Assembly (NCBI GenBank): GCA_002503055.1
Contig: DAQX01000007.1
Coordinates: 4,633 to 68,632, forward strand
Direction of reading: 5' to 3'
Length of the DNA stretch: 64,000 nt
Source of the DNA: Euryarchaeota archaeon UBA86
GTDB taxonomy: Archaea > Thermoplasmatota > Poseidoniia > Poseidoniales > Thalassarchaeaceae
The stretch's first letter is position 1, and every line of letters begins with the position of its first letter. Below the pieces are notes generated by a model. It saw nothing but the letters and a program-made list of their open reading frames with translations. It made no database searches and was not told the DNA's origin. Both the position numbers and the translations under genes were made by a program. Shown here in pieces: positions 9,388 through 19,179 of the stretch.

Positions 9388-10185
9388 TCAGATTGACCTC
9401 ATCCTGCCGCCATCAACTGCTAGGCTAACTCCACGAATAGCCCCGCTTGAGGGAAGACAAAGGAAAGTGACTGCCACAGCAGTCTCAAGCGGATCGACAA
9501 GTCGCTGGATTGGGACTCCACCAAGCCAACCTTCGGTAATGTTGTCGACTGAAGCACCAGTCCTTTCGGAAATCGATGATGCCAGAGAGCCAAGTCGATC
9601 GGTGTCGGTAAATCCTGGTAGGATGTTATTGATGGTGATACAAGGTGCCAACTCTCTAGATAGCGACTTGGACCAGGATGCCATAGCACCTCTGAGAGTG
9701 TTTGACAGGCCGATGTTGTCAATTGGTTCACGAACTGATGTGGAGATGATGTTGACGATCCTCCCACTACCGGCTTGCTCCATATTGGGGGCGAGCATCT
9801 TAACAATAGTGTGAGCGGCATGTAGGTGCCTACGAAATGGCCCATCAAAGTCCTCGAGTGAGTTCTCTAATAGGGCCCCGCCAGGAGGTCCTCCAGAGTT
9901 GTTAACGACTATGTGAACGACTCCCATCGATGATACTGCATCTCTCACAGCATCGATATCCTCAAGATCCAGGGCCATCGTCTCATGCCCTTCACCATAC
10001 ATCTTGGCAACTAGCGAATCTAAATCGCTCTGTGAGCGGGCACATGCAATTACACGGGCTCCCGCACGAGCCAGCATTAGTGCACAAGCACGGCCAATTC
10101 CCTTCGAGGCGCCACAGACAAGAGCGGTTTGCCCCGCAAGCGAGTTTTCAGCAAACGGAAATTCTTCATTCAACAATTCTTCCAT
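9388..10185 (-). CDS. SDR family oxidoreductase
   Basis: CGASKGIG, NNSGGPPGG, IISTSVREPI, SNTLRGA (atypical catalytic motif), PGFTDT, VDGG. Confidence 0.9.
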   Translation of the reverse strand: MEELLNEEFPFAENSLAGQTALVCGASKGIGRACALMLARAGARVIACARSQSDLDSLVAKMYGEGHETMALDLEDIDAVRDAVSSMGVVHIVVNNSGGPPGGALLENSLEDFDGPFRRHLHAAHTIVKMLAPNMEQAGSGRIVNIISTSVREPIDNIGLSNTLRGAMASWSKSLSRELAPCITINNILPGFTDTDRLGSLASSISERTGASVDNITEGWLGGVPIQRLVDPLETAVAVTFLCLPSSGAIRGVSLAVDGGRMRSI

Positions 10186-10193
10186 ATTATCAC

Positions 10194-10931
10194 CTAATCC
10201 ACATAGTGCGCGTAAGTTTGGTCTCTAAGTTTCTGGCCCACTACCTCGAGAACCTCCTCCGGCGCGTTGCGGAAGGTAGGGTGCTCGCTTTCACCTTGTG
10301 GTCTGCGCATTTCATCCCACTTTCCGTGTTCGTATGCTATCAACGCCTCCTTCATCAAGACTCCTGCTAGGACAAGCGTCTCATAGCACAGGTCCTCGTA
10401 TGTCATGCCTCTCTTAACAGGCACCTCTCGCCTCAGAAGCAACTCGCCAGTGTCTATCCCATTGTCACAGAAGTGAGTAGATGAGCCAACCGGTATATCG
10501 TGGTAAACGCTCCAAGCGGGAGAAGCTGAACCTCTGCATTCAGGAAGCAGTCCGGGATGCGAGTTGATTACTCCATCCTTAGAATGGTCAAGAATTTCTC
10601 CACGAATGATTCTCGTGCCTCCAAAAACGACAAGATCTAGAGGAATGTCTGCGATGTGCGGCATCACCTGTTCCGAGTTATGTATTGAAACCTCGATATG
10701 AGGAACACTCACTCCGGACTCTGCCAATTCGGCCAATTGGGCCTCGATTGTAGGGGCTATTGGATTGCCCTCGATACGCTTGAGAAACTTCTCACGCTCC
10801 TCATCTCCAATTACCGAGTCTTCAGTAATCACGATAGAAGGAACAAATCCTTCTGAGAGAATCTGACGAAGCATCTCACGACCGTAAGGATGCTCCTTCA
10901 GGAGCAAATATGCAAATGTCGGCTTGACCAT
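10194..10931 (-). CDS. Stand-alone formyltransferase family protein (N10-formyl-THF dependent)
   Basis: INSHPGLLPECRG and HFCDNGIDTG motifs; no Fmt C-terminal tRNA-binding domain. Confidence 0.82.
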   Translation of the reverse strand: MVKPTFAYLLLKEHPYGREMLRQILSEGFVPSIVITEDSVIGDEEREKFLKRIEGNPIAPTIEAQLAELAESGVSVPHIEVSIHNSEQVMPHIADIPLDLVVFGGTRIIRGEILDHSKDGVINSHPGLLPECRGSASPAWSVYHDIPVGSSTHFCDNGIDTGELLLRREVPVKRGMTYEDLCYETLVLAGVLMKEALIAYEHGKWDEMRRPQGESEHPTFRNAPEEVLEVVGQKLRDQTYAHYVD

Positions 10932-10984
10932 ATCCCCGCTTCGCGGAGGGGTCGTAGATACCCGTTATTTTCGGTCACTATTCT

Positions 10985-12394
10985 CTAGGGAGTCACACGA
11001 CTCCTATCGCGGGGGAACAGTACGACTTCGCGTACATTCCCTGCTCCAGTCAGAACCATCAGAAGGCGAGCAACGCCTAATCCCCATCCGGCATGTGGGG
11101 GAGCACCGTAGCGAAAACCATCTGTGTAGAAGTTGAAGTCTTCCGGTTCAAGGCCCATGTTGCGAAGATTCTGCTCGAGCACATCGACTCGATGCTCTCG
11201 CTGCCCACCACTGGTCATTTCGTCACGTCCGTAATTTAGATCGAAACCACGACTCAATTGTCCACCCGACGAACCCTTCTCTTCCTCCTTATGGTGGATG
11301 TAGAATGGCTTCATTGACATTGGCCAGCGGGGAAGGAAGTGGAAACCGGGGTACTCGGCTGCAATAATATCACAATGATGACTTTCAATGTCGTCTCCCC
11401 ACTCGATATCACCGCCCCCTGCCTTGACAATCTCGATTGCGTCACAATATGGGATTCGTGGGAATGGGATATTCGGAACTTCAACAGACACTGGATCTTG
11501 ACCTTGACTTTCCCGATATTCGTTTACCACATCAATGAGGCCTTGATCATTGGCTGCGACCTCGCTCCAAATGTGGTGAATCATTCTCTCTTGGACGCCC
11601 ATAACATCCTCATCATTCATCCACGCACCTTCGATATCAAAAGATATGAATTCGTTGAGGTGTCTATAGGTATCATGCTTCTCAGCCCTGAATGCAGGAC
11701 CTATCTCGAAAACACGCTCGAGTCCCCCGAGAACTGCAAGTTGCTTGTACAACTGAGGACTCTGGGATAGGTATGCATCAGTTTCGAAGTATTTCATCGG
11801 GAATAGATTGGTACCGCCTTCGGCAGCTGCAGCAATAATCTTCGGTGTGTTAATCTCCTGGAAACCCTCTGTGATCAAGTGGTTACGCCCGTATTGTAGA
11901 ACCTTGCTGCGAAGTTGAAACATAGCGTTCACATGCTCCCTTCTCAAGTCCAGATGGCGATTGTCCAGCCTGACATCGAGTCCAACATTAACCTCATCAG
12001 TTACTCCAACAGGGAGAGGAGTTGCAGCATCTGCAAGAACAGCAGCAGAAGTAACACTAACTTCGTATTCAGGTGGCGGCAAAGGCTCTCCCTCGGGCAC
12101 CTTGGGTGGCCGTTTCTGTGCAACCGTTCCTGTTACTTGGATGGTAGATTCACGAGTAGCAGACTGAATAGAATCGAATACTGTTTCATCCATATTGTCT
12201 CTCTTCAGGAAGGCCTGTATCCTTCCGGTGCCATCCCTCAGCATCAGGAAGCAAATGGCCCCTCTGCCACGAACGGTCTCTGCATATCCTGAGATGGTGA
12301 CTTCTTCACCAATCATATCGGCCCCGCCCGAAGTGACATCGCCTATCGTGTGACTCCTGTAGGCCGTGGGCTTCCATCCGCCGCTGTCGCGCAT
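10985..12394 (-). CDS. aspS: Aspartate--tRNA ligase (archaeal type)
   Basis: N-terminal OB fold, [12 protein letters not shown]...[24 protein letters not shown]. Confidence 0.95.
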   Translation of the reverse strand: MRDSGGWKPTAYRSHTIGDVTSGGADMIGEEVTISGYAETVRGRGAICFLMLRDGTGRIQAFLKRDNMDETVFDSIQSATRESTIQVTGTVAQKRPPKVPEGEPLPPPEYEVSVTSAAVLADAATPLPVGVTDEVNVGLDVRLDNRHLDLRREHVNAMFQLRSKVLQYGRNHLITEGFQEINTPKIIAAAAEGGTNLFPMKYFETDAYLSQSPQLYKQLAVLGGLERVFEIGPAFRAEKHDTYRHLNEFISFDIEGAWMNDEDVMGVQERMIHHIWSEVAANDQGLIDVVNEYRESQGQDPVSVEVPNIPFPRIPYCDAIEIVKAGGGDIEWGDDIESHHCDIIAAEYPGFHFLPRWPMSMKPFYIHHKEEEKGSSGGQLSRGFDLNYGRDEMTSGGQREHRVDVLEQNLRNMGLEPEDFNFYTDGFRYGAPPHAGWGLGVARLLMVLTGAGNVREVVLFPRDRSRVTP

Positions 12395-12396
12395 GG

Positions 12397-12422
12397 CCCG
12401 GCTACAGCATCCGGGTTTTGAA
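12397..12422 (-). promoter_or_regulatory. Putative TATA-like element (TTCAAAA) followed by a short GC palindrome, immediately upstream of the apparently leaderless aspS
   Basis: Minus strand reads ttcaaaa-cccgg-atgctgtag-ccggg-cc-ATG; spacing fits a leaderless archaeal promoter. Confidence 0.35.
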
Positions 12423-12439
12423 TGGTCGGGCCATGAGAA

Positions 12440-12856
12440 TCAATCATCTCCCAATCTTTCTTGAAACGACTTATCGAGTTCAGGAGGGAAAGCAATCCAT
12501 CTAATCAGAACAAAATTGAGGAATCCAAAAACACAGGTATTGATCAACCAAGCAATTCTGTGATGCACTAGAAGAATTTCAACCATCAAGTAATGAGATG
12601 ATGTTGTGACTACTAGTTGACCTGTATATGTCCAAAAGGCTCGATTCATACTTCTGAAGTAGGAAAATGTAGACTTGAAAGTGAATTTGTAATGCATAAA
12701 GTGCGATTCAACATTACCAATAGCATTCGAGACTGCCCAAGCAGCCACAGCTGTGTGGGCGGGCCATAGATCGACCCAATAGAGGACTTCATAGAGAACC
12801 CAGCAGAAGAAGAAATTGAAGGTTCCAACGATGTTGAATTTAAGAAATTCATTCAT
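12440..12856 (-). CDS. GtrA family membrane protein
   Basis: EFLKFNIVG start, four TM segments, HYKFTFK, LNFVLIRWIAF; start uncertain (alternative GTG at 12880). Confidence 0.75.
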   Translation of the reverse strand: MNEFLKFNIVGTFNFFFCWVLYEVLYWVDLWPAHTAVAAWAVSNAIGNVESHFMHYKFTFKSTFSYFRSMNRAFWTYTGQLVVTTSSHYLMVEILLVHHRIAWLINTCVFGFLNFVLIRWIAFPPELDKSFQERLGDD

Positions 12857-12928
12857 TATCACTCTGAAGTTCCAACCCACATCCGTGGCCCTTTTCTTGA
12901 AGCCACCAATTAGACTCAGAGCATCGCC

Positions 12929-13741
12929 TCACTCTTCTTCATGAGGGGCTATCTTTGCCGCAATCAGTAGAAATGCTGTATGGCCCATTGGTTGGTTGCC
13001 TGGCCTGACTCCGCCCTTGCTAGCTTTGACCCATTTCCGCTCAATCATCTCACCGGCCCACTCGACGACCAATCCTTGACTCTGAACCGATTCCCATGAC
13101 TTCTCTAATTGGATGGTAGTGGGACAGTAGCAAGCGACCCTACCACCTGCTCTTAACAGGGGCTCGATTGCAGGGACAATCCGCCAAGGCTCTGCTACAT
13201 CGATTATCGCAGCGTCCAGTGAGCCGCAGATTTCACGAACTGCATTGCCTACCTCGCCCAGATCTCCATCTACCAAATGCCATTCGGGAAACTCGGGAAT
13301 GACTTCTCCCAAACGCTCCATATTCGCTTTGCCCACCACGGCATGCTCGGGTCGAGATTCAACCGATATCAGAGTTCCAGAGGAACCCAGAACATTGGCT
13401 ATATGCATGGCCAGACCAGCCGACCCGTGCCCCCCTTCGAGAACACGCGACCCGACTCCAATACCCATCCAAGAGATCAGGAAACCTGCATCCTTGGCAC
13501 CGATTACCTGTGCCCTTCGAGCCATATTTCGGCGCGCCTCCGGTAGCGCCGGATCGACCACTGTCAGAGACTTCTGTCCGACAGTTATTCTGTCACCAAA
13601 ACTGTATCCACTGAGAAGTTGATCGGCATCAAATCTTCCCAACCCCTTGACCTTGACTTCGCCGGGTACTCGACGAAGCAGATATGCTCTACCATCATCC
13701 TCTCGGAGGGCGACCCATTCTCCATCCGCCCCGTCCTCCAT
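12929..13741 (-). CDS. trmI: tRNA (adenine-N1)-methyltransferase TrmI
   Basis: RRAQVIGAKD, VLEGGHGSAG, DVAEPW, YCPTTIQ, GHTAFL. Confidence 0.88.
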   Translation of the reverse strand: MEDGADGEWVALREDDGRAYLLRRVPGEVKVKGLGRFDADQLLSGYSFGDRITVGQKSLTVVDPALPEARRNMARRAQVIGAKDAGFLISWMGIGVGSRVLEGGHGSAGLAMHIANVLGSSGTLISVESRPEHAVVGKANMERLGEVIPEFPEWHLVDGDLGEVGNAVREICGSLDAAIIDVAEPWRIVPAIEPLLRAGGRVACYCPTTIQLEKSWESVQSQGLVVEWAGEMIERKWVKASKGGVRPGNQPMGHTAFLLIAAKIAPHEEE

Positions 13742-13851
13742 ACAAGTTCCTTGAATCGGGGGTAATCAATACCTTCGGCTCTCTAAAGAGCCGTATTTTG
13801 TCCAATCATCAACCCAACACGGTTATACGGCCCCTGCATAGGGGCAAACTG

Positions 13852-16800
13852 ATGGATTACGTCAGATTCAGCGATTTACTTCGTTCAACTACTTTGGCGA
13901 CTTTGGTAGTGGTTCTTTCCTTCTCTGCCGTACTATCTGTCGATGAATCAATGCCAGATAGAGAGGAATTGGAGCAAAGAGAGATGCCACTGTATGCGAC
14001 TAGTCCCGGCCACCCTGTATTCGGCGAGTATGTCGGAGCGCACTGGTGCGGACCGTGCATGAGCAGCGCTTCACCTTCACTAGATAATCTGAAGTCATCA
14101 AATCCGGAGGATTTCACATTCGTCTCCATCTTCGAGTCCTCTTCAGGTGGTTGGCCATCCGATTCTCCAATCAATAGAAGAAGCCATGTGATGGCTTCGT
14201 CGGGAGGCTACCCTACCTTCTCATTCGCTGACACACAGTCTGGATCGTGCTACAAGGTTGGAGCATCAGGATCGAACTACTACGATGCCGAATACTCGGC
14301 AGGAGGCTGTATGAGTTCAGCCGCTTCCGAATACTCACTGGATCTCTCTGTAGTATTGAACAGTGCAACTAACCAAGTTACTGTAACAGTAGAATCGACT
14401 TATCTAGGCTCATCTTCATCAGTAACAGCCTACCTTTACGCTGCAGTTACTGAGAAGTTAGGGGCAGATGCATACGACAACGGAGTAAGGCCACATCACA
14501 ACTTCAGAGACTGGCTGTTGAACAGCAATGGAAACGGGTTCGAACAGATCACTATGTCTCCAAACAATCCCGTTGAGACTAGTTGGACAGTGCCCCTCAA
14601 TACTGTTAGAGCCGCAGGCGGTTACACCCAGTTCGAGAACTTCTGGCCAGTTATCGCCTTGATGGATGGCCCACACTCTTCCTACAACAACTTCCTGACA
14701 GCCGCCGATCTCGACATGCTACCTCTCATTGATCTCGAAGTTTCGGAACTTTCCGTCGAGAACCAGAATGGTGCTCTCGGATTTGTATCTGGAGACATCC
14801 TAGATATTTCGCTAGAAGTAACTAACAACGGAGTTGACCCTTACACTGATGGAGGGGAGATTTCAATCTACGAGCTAGTAGGTCTGAATGAGAATTACAT
14901 TGGAGGGGCCTCGATTCAGCCTATTCAAACCGGGACCTCTCAATCCCTAAACATCCAGTTCGATACTTCTAGCATTGACACCTATGCATCAGGAACCACT
15001 ACCTTCAGAGCTAGAATCTCAGGATTGTCCGGAGACCGAGTAGCATCCAACAATCATGCAGACATCAACGCTCTGCATGACATGGCTCCCGTGGCCAATC
15101 AGCCAACGGCAGTAGGCCCAATTTCGATAGATAGAGGAGATACTATTCAGTTTGAAAGCACTGCTCTTTCCAACGACTTGGTCGATGACATGACGACCAT
15201 GACTCCGACCATGCATTACGCAATTTCAGGAACTGACTTCTGGGATGACTCTTGGATCGCATCCTCTGATTTAGTGGGTAGCGGCGGAAATGCCCGCTTC
15301 TTGCACACTATAAACGCCCCATTCAATGCCGATGTCGGAGTATATGACCTCAGAATCAGATGGACTGACCTGGGCGGGCAGCACGGAGATTGGCTAATTT
15401 CCGAGGAGGCTTTCGTACTGCAAAATGCACTGCCCGTGGTCCTTAACGGAGATTACTCACAGTACGCCGGTATGCCGACCGTTAAGGTCGAGAGCGATGA
15501 GAGAGTCTCGCTGATTGACCGAGTACACGATGTAGAGACGCCTCTTTCGATGCTGACGATTGACAGTAATTCTCCCGAATTCATTGAGTGGGATTCTTCT
15601 ACTTTGGAAGTCGTTGTTAACTTCGATAAGGTTGTCAGGGACAGCGAAGGAAACCCAATTCCTCAGGGAATATTCGTCACAATCAACGATGGCGACGATG
15701 CCAACTCTGGGATGTTGATGTTCAATGTCGTCGAAAATGGAGCACCTAGGTGGGCCCCAATTCCTCCTCAGTCGTTCAATGAGGGAGGTTCTGCTAGCAT
15801 TAGTCTAACTGGATTCTTGTCCGATACAGACGATGCCGGTAACCCGATTCCAGCGTCCGGACTCACTCTTGAGTTGATTTCTAATTCTGACGAATCCCTA
15901 GTTGAAGCGAGTATTTCCGGACACTCATTATCGGTTAACTCACTTGATGACGACTCTACTGGAATGGTCGAGTTAGGCATCAGAGCTAGTGATGGCTCCA
16001 AGACCTCCGATACTACCATCGTCTTCCATGTGCTAAATGTAAACGATGCACCTCGTTTGGATATGGATGGAATCGAAGAGTTTACTGTTGAAATGGGGGA
16101 GAGAATAACTCTGGAACTATTGGGCAGGATGACCGATATAGACGACCCCGATGTAGAAATCTGGCCTTCAGTGAGTACATTTGTCCCAAGTGCTGCTCAA
16201 CTCAACCAGATAACCGGTGTTCTGACCATGGAATGGCCAGAGGCAGGTACTGAGATAGTCACAATAATGCTTGAAGATAGGCACGGCGATGCAAACGCAT
16301 ACGCCATCACAGTCACTGTTATTGATAATCTACCATTACTTTGGGATGATGATTTGACAGCCTCTTTCGACACTACCGATTACGGCACTAATCCAACGGT
16401 GATGGTTGAGAATGTCGGACCTCTAGAGCTCAATGAAATTAGAGTTACTTGGTCTGTATGCAATTCCATAACTGGAATCTGCCACTCGTCCGGAGTATCT
16501 CATAATCTAGGCCCATTCATCGTCAATCCATCAAGTGGAAATGGGCTTGGAATTGGCGATTATGTCACTTTGTCAGTATCGGCCGAGGATCAAGACGGAT
16601 TCGATAGAATGACTGAGATTCAACTGAAGACATTCGCCACCGAACCTTCCGATACCGAAACCGAGTCAGAAGAAGGAGGAGGGGATAATAATGCAGTTTC
16701 AGGTGCATCTAAGTGGATTTCAACAGGGATTATTGTAATTGGCATTTTACTCTCGATGGCCTTGGTTTTGACACTGGCAATCTCACTAAGGCGCCAACGC

Positions 16801-17001
16801 TTTGAGTCCGATGCAGCAATTGACTACACTTCGATGGCCGACGAAACTTCGGTCCCCTATCCCGAACCAACTTCTGCTCCCGGTCAGATACCTCCTCCTC
16901 CTCCAATGGTGCCGCCACTACCTCCTGAGGGACTGCCTCCGGGATGGACCATGGAACAGTGGCACTACTACGGCGAAGAGTACCTTCGCCGCCGCCAATA
17001 G
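13852..17001 (+). CDS. Large surface protein: thioredoxin/Omp28-like domain, CARDB-like and cadherin/Ig-like repeats, C-terminal TM and Pro-rich tail
   Basis: N-terminal hydrophobic signal, WCGPC, VLNVNDAP, TM WISTGIIVIGILLSMALVLTLAISL-RR, tail PPLPPEGLPPGWTMEQWHYYG. Start set at ATG 13852. Confidence 0.85.
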   Translation: MDYVRFSDLLRSTTLATLVVVLSFSAVLSVDESMPDREELEQREMPLYATSPGHPVFGEYVGAHWCGPCMSSASPSLDNLKSSNPEDFTFVSIFESSSGGWPSDSPINRRSHVMASSGGYPTFSFADTQSGSCYKVGASGSNYYDAEYSAGGCMSSAASEYSLDLSVVLNSATNQVTVTVESTYLGSSSSVTAYLYAAVTEKLGADAYDNGVRPHHNFRDWLLNSNGNGFEQITMSPNNPVETSWTVPLNTVRAAGGYTQFENFWPVIALMDGPHSSYNNFLTAADLDMLPLIDLEVSELSVENQNGALGFVSGDILDISLEVTNNGVDPYTDGGEISIYELVGLNENYIGGASIQPIQTGTSQSLNIQFDTSSIDTYASGTTTFRARISGLSGDRVASNNHADINALHDMAPVANQPTAVGPISIDRGDTIQFESTALSNDLVDDMTTMTPTMHYAISGTDFWDDSWIASSDLVGSGGNARFLHTINAPFNADVGVYDLRIRWTDLGGQHGDWLISEEAFVLQNALPVVLNGDYSQYAGMPTVKVESDERVSLIDRVHDVETPLSMLTIDSNSPEFIEWDSSTLEVVVNFDKVVRDSEGNPIPQGIFVTINDGDDANSGMLMFNVVENGAPRWAPIPPQSFNEGGSASISLTGFLSDTDDAGNPIPASGLTLELISNSDESLVEASISGHSLSVNSLDDDSTGMVELGIRASDGSKTSDTTIVFHVLNVNDAPRLDMDGIEEFTVEMGERITLELLGRMTDIDDPDVEIWPSVSTFVPSAAQLNQITGVLTMEWPEAGTEIVTIMLEDRHGDANAYAITVTVIDNLPLLWDDDLTASFDTTDYGTNPTVMVENVGPLELNEIRVTWSVCNSITGICHSSGVSHNLGPFIVNPSSGNGLGIGDYVTLSVSAEDQDGFDRMTEIQLKTFATEPSDTETESEEGGGDNNAVSGASKWISTGIIVIGILLSMALVLTLAISLRRQRFESDAAIDYTSMADETSVPYPEPTSAPGQIPPPPPMVPPLPPEGLPPGWTMEQWHYYGEEYLRRRQ

Positions 17002-17077
17002 GCGAGTTTTCCCTTTGCCTTGTTTAACGCACCTTCAAGAAGGTGCGAGCATCAGGGAGTACCCCGGGGGAGCGTAG

Positions 17078-19129
17078 ATGAGTGATTCCAAGCAGTCTCA
17101 GGACGAGGTGAATGAGGGAGCGGATGCTCTCGAGTCGTGGGAAGACGGTCCAGCCTTCGGAGCGTCTGAGGACAAAGATCCAATTTGTGAAAACCCAATC
17201 GAAGAATGGATTGAGGGAGTTCAGATTAATTCCACCGAGGAAGTCCCTATTCCAGACAAACTCGTTGACCAAGTAATCGGCCAGGAAGCAGCTTCGATTG
17301 TAGTCAGGAAAGCCGCGGAGCAGCGCCGACATGTCATCATGGTCGGCGAGCCAGGGACTGGCAAGTCGATGCTCTCTAGGTCAATGACAGAGTTCCTGCC
17401 TCGAGAACAACTCGAAGATATTCTAGTGTTCAGAAACCAAGAAGATGAGAATGAGCCAAGAGTCAGGACAGTTCCTGCTGGAAGAGGCTCTAGGATTATC
17501 TCTGAGCGTAAAGCACAGATTAGGATACAGAAGGAGAGGACAAACAGAACCCTTCTTTTCATCGCCCTTGTAATTGGCGCCGCATTACTTCTAGCCACTA
17601 TTTCGAGCGGCGAGATTCTAACATTCATCTTTGGCTCATTCATCCTAGTATTCGGATACTTCTTCCTCAGAACCCGCCTGACAGCGGGAGAGGATGCAAA
17701 TACCCCGAAACTGCTCATCAAGCACGAGAGGGACGACGAGCCCCCATTCATCGATGCGACTGGAACTCTAGCCGGGGCACTTCTAGGCGATGTAAGGCAC
17801 GACCCATTCCAATCGGGAGCCGATCTCGCAACCCCTGCTCACGAGAGAGTTGAGCCCGGGGCAGTTCACAGGGCCAATAAGGGAGTACTGTACATTGATG
17901 AGATCCGAATGCTCAGAATGGAAGAGCAGCAGGCTCTGCTTGTCGCGATGCAGGAGAAGGAACTTCCCATTAGCGGTCGCTCAGAACGCTCATCAGGTGC
18001 GCTCACCAAGTCTGAGCCAGTTCCGACTGATTTCATTCTCATCGCTGCAGGAAATCTAGACAGCATTCAGAACATGCATCCAGCCCTGAGAAGCCGAATC
18101 CGAGGATACGGCTACGAGGTCTATGTAAACACGGACATGCCCGACACCGAGCGCAATCGCCGACGCCTCATCAGATTCATTGCCCAAGAGGTAAGGAATG
18201 AACTGAAGAAGAGTTCAGGCAAGCCGATACCGCACTTCAACAAGGGTTCAATTGCACTCATTCTGAAGGAGGCCCAAAGGCGAGCCGGCCGTAGGGGAAA
18301 ACTCTCTCTTAGGCTAAGAGAATTAGGTGGACTAGTCAGAATAGCCGGTGATCTTGCTGCAGAAGAGAGTGCGGAATTCACAGGCCCAGAACATGTTACT
18401 AGGGCGAGAATGATTGCCAAACCTCTAGAGCAACAAGTAGCCGATCGCTACTTGGATAGGCAGGCAGAGTATGCTATGCTAGTCAACAGTGGAAACCGAG
18501 TAGGCAGAGTAAACGGCCTAGCCGTACTAGGTGCAGACAGCGGTCTTTCCGACTATTCAGGAGTAGTCCTGCCTGTTGAGGCAATGGTTACTCCGGCTCA
18601 AGGAATGTCTGGCAGAGTTATCGCCACTGGCGGGCTATCGGACCTAGCAAATGAGAGCGTAACTAACATCAGCGCGGTCGTCAAGAAGTTGACTGGCAAG
18701 GACATCAAGGATTACGATTTACATGTCCAGTTCCCTGGGACTCACAATGTCGATGGAGACAGCGCATCAATCACTATGGCCACAGCAATAATCAGCGCCT
18801 TTGAAGGCGTTCCAATAGAACAGAATCTAGCAATGACAGGCTCACTCTCTGTCAGAGGAGAAATTCTCCCAGTTGGCGGTGTCACCGCTAAGATTGAAGC
18901 CGCGGCCAAGTCCGGCATCGAAAGAGTCGTCATACCTCGCGCCAACATGCAGGATGTATTGATGGATGAGAAGTGGGAGGAGAAGGTCGAGGTCCTCCCC
19001 GTTGACTCTCTTGACGAAGTTCTGCAGCATGCTCTCGTCGGCGCAGAGGAGAAAGTCACTCTGGTCGAGCGTCTGGCTAAGGTAATCGACACAATCTCGA
19101 AGGGAACAGATACCCAACCCTCGGCTTGA
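17078..19129 (+). CDS. lonB: Archaeal membrane-bound ATP-dependent Lon protease (LonB)
   Basis: VIGQE, Walker A GEPGTGKS, two TM helices inside the AAA domain, YIDEI, DGDSAS with downstream Lys dyad. Confidence 0.95.
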   Translation: MSDSKQSQDEVNEGADALESWEDGPAFGASEDKDPICENPIEEWIEGVQINSTEEVPIPDKLVDQVIGQEAASIVVRKAAEQRRHVIMVGEPGTGKSMLSRSMTEFLPREQLEDILVFRNQEDENEPRVRTVPAGRGSRIISERKAQIRIQKERTNRTLLFIALVIGAALLLATISSGEILTFIFGSFILVFGYFFLRTRLTAGEDANTPKLLIKHERDDEPPFIDATGTLAGALLGDVRHDPFQSGADLATPAHERVEPGAVHRANKGVLYIDEIRMLRMEEQQALLVAMQEKELPISGRSERSSGALTKSEPVPTDFILIAAGNLDSIQNMHPALRSRIRGYGYEVYVNTDMPDTERNRRRLIRFIAQEVRNELKKSSGKPIPHFNKGSIALILKEAQRRAGRRGKLSLRLRELGGLVRIAGDLAAEESAEFTGPEHVTRARMIAKPLEQQVADRYLDRQAEYAMLVNSGNRVGRVNGLAVLGADSGLSDYSGVVLPVEAMVTPAQGMSGRVIATGGLSDLANESVTNISAVVKKLTGKDIKDYDLHVQFPGTHNVDGDSASITMATAIISAFEGVPIEQNLAMTGSLSVRGEILPVGGVTAKIEAAAKSGIERVVIPRANMQDVLMDEKWEEKVEVLPVDSLDEVLQHALVGAEEKVTLVERLAKVIDTISKGTDTQPSA

Positions 19130-19179
19130 AGCATCATCAATGCTCAAGGCCCTCTTCCTCTCGTAGCAGACGGGATAGG

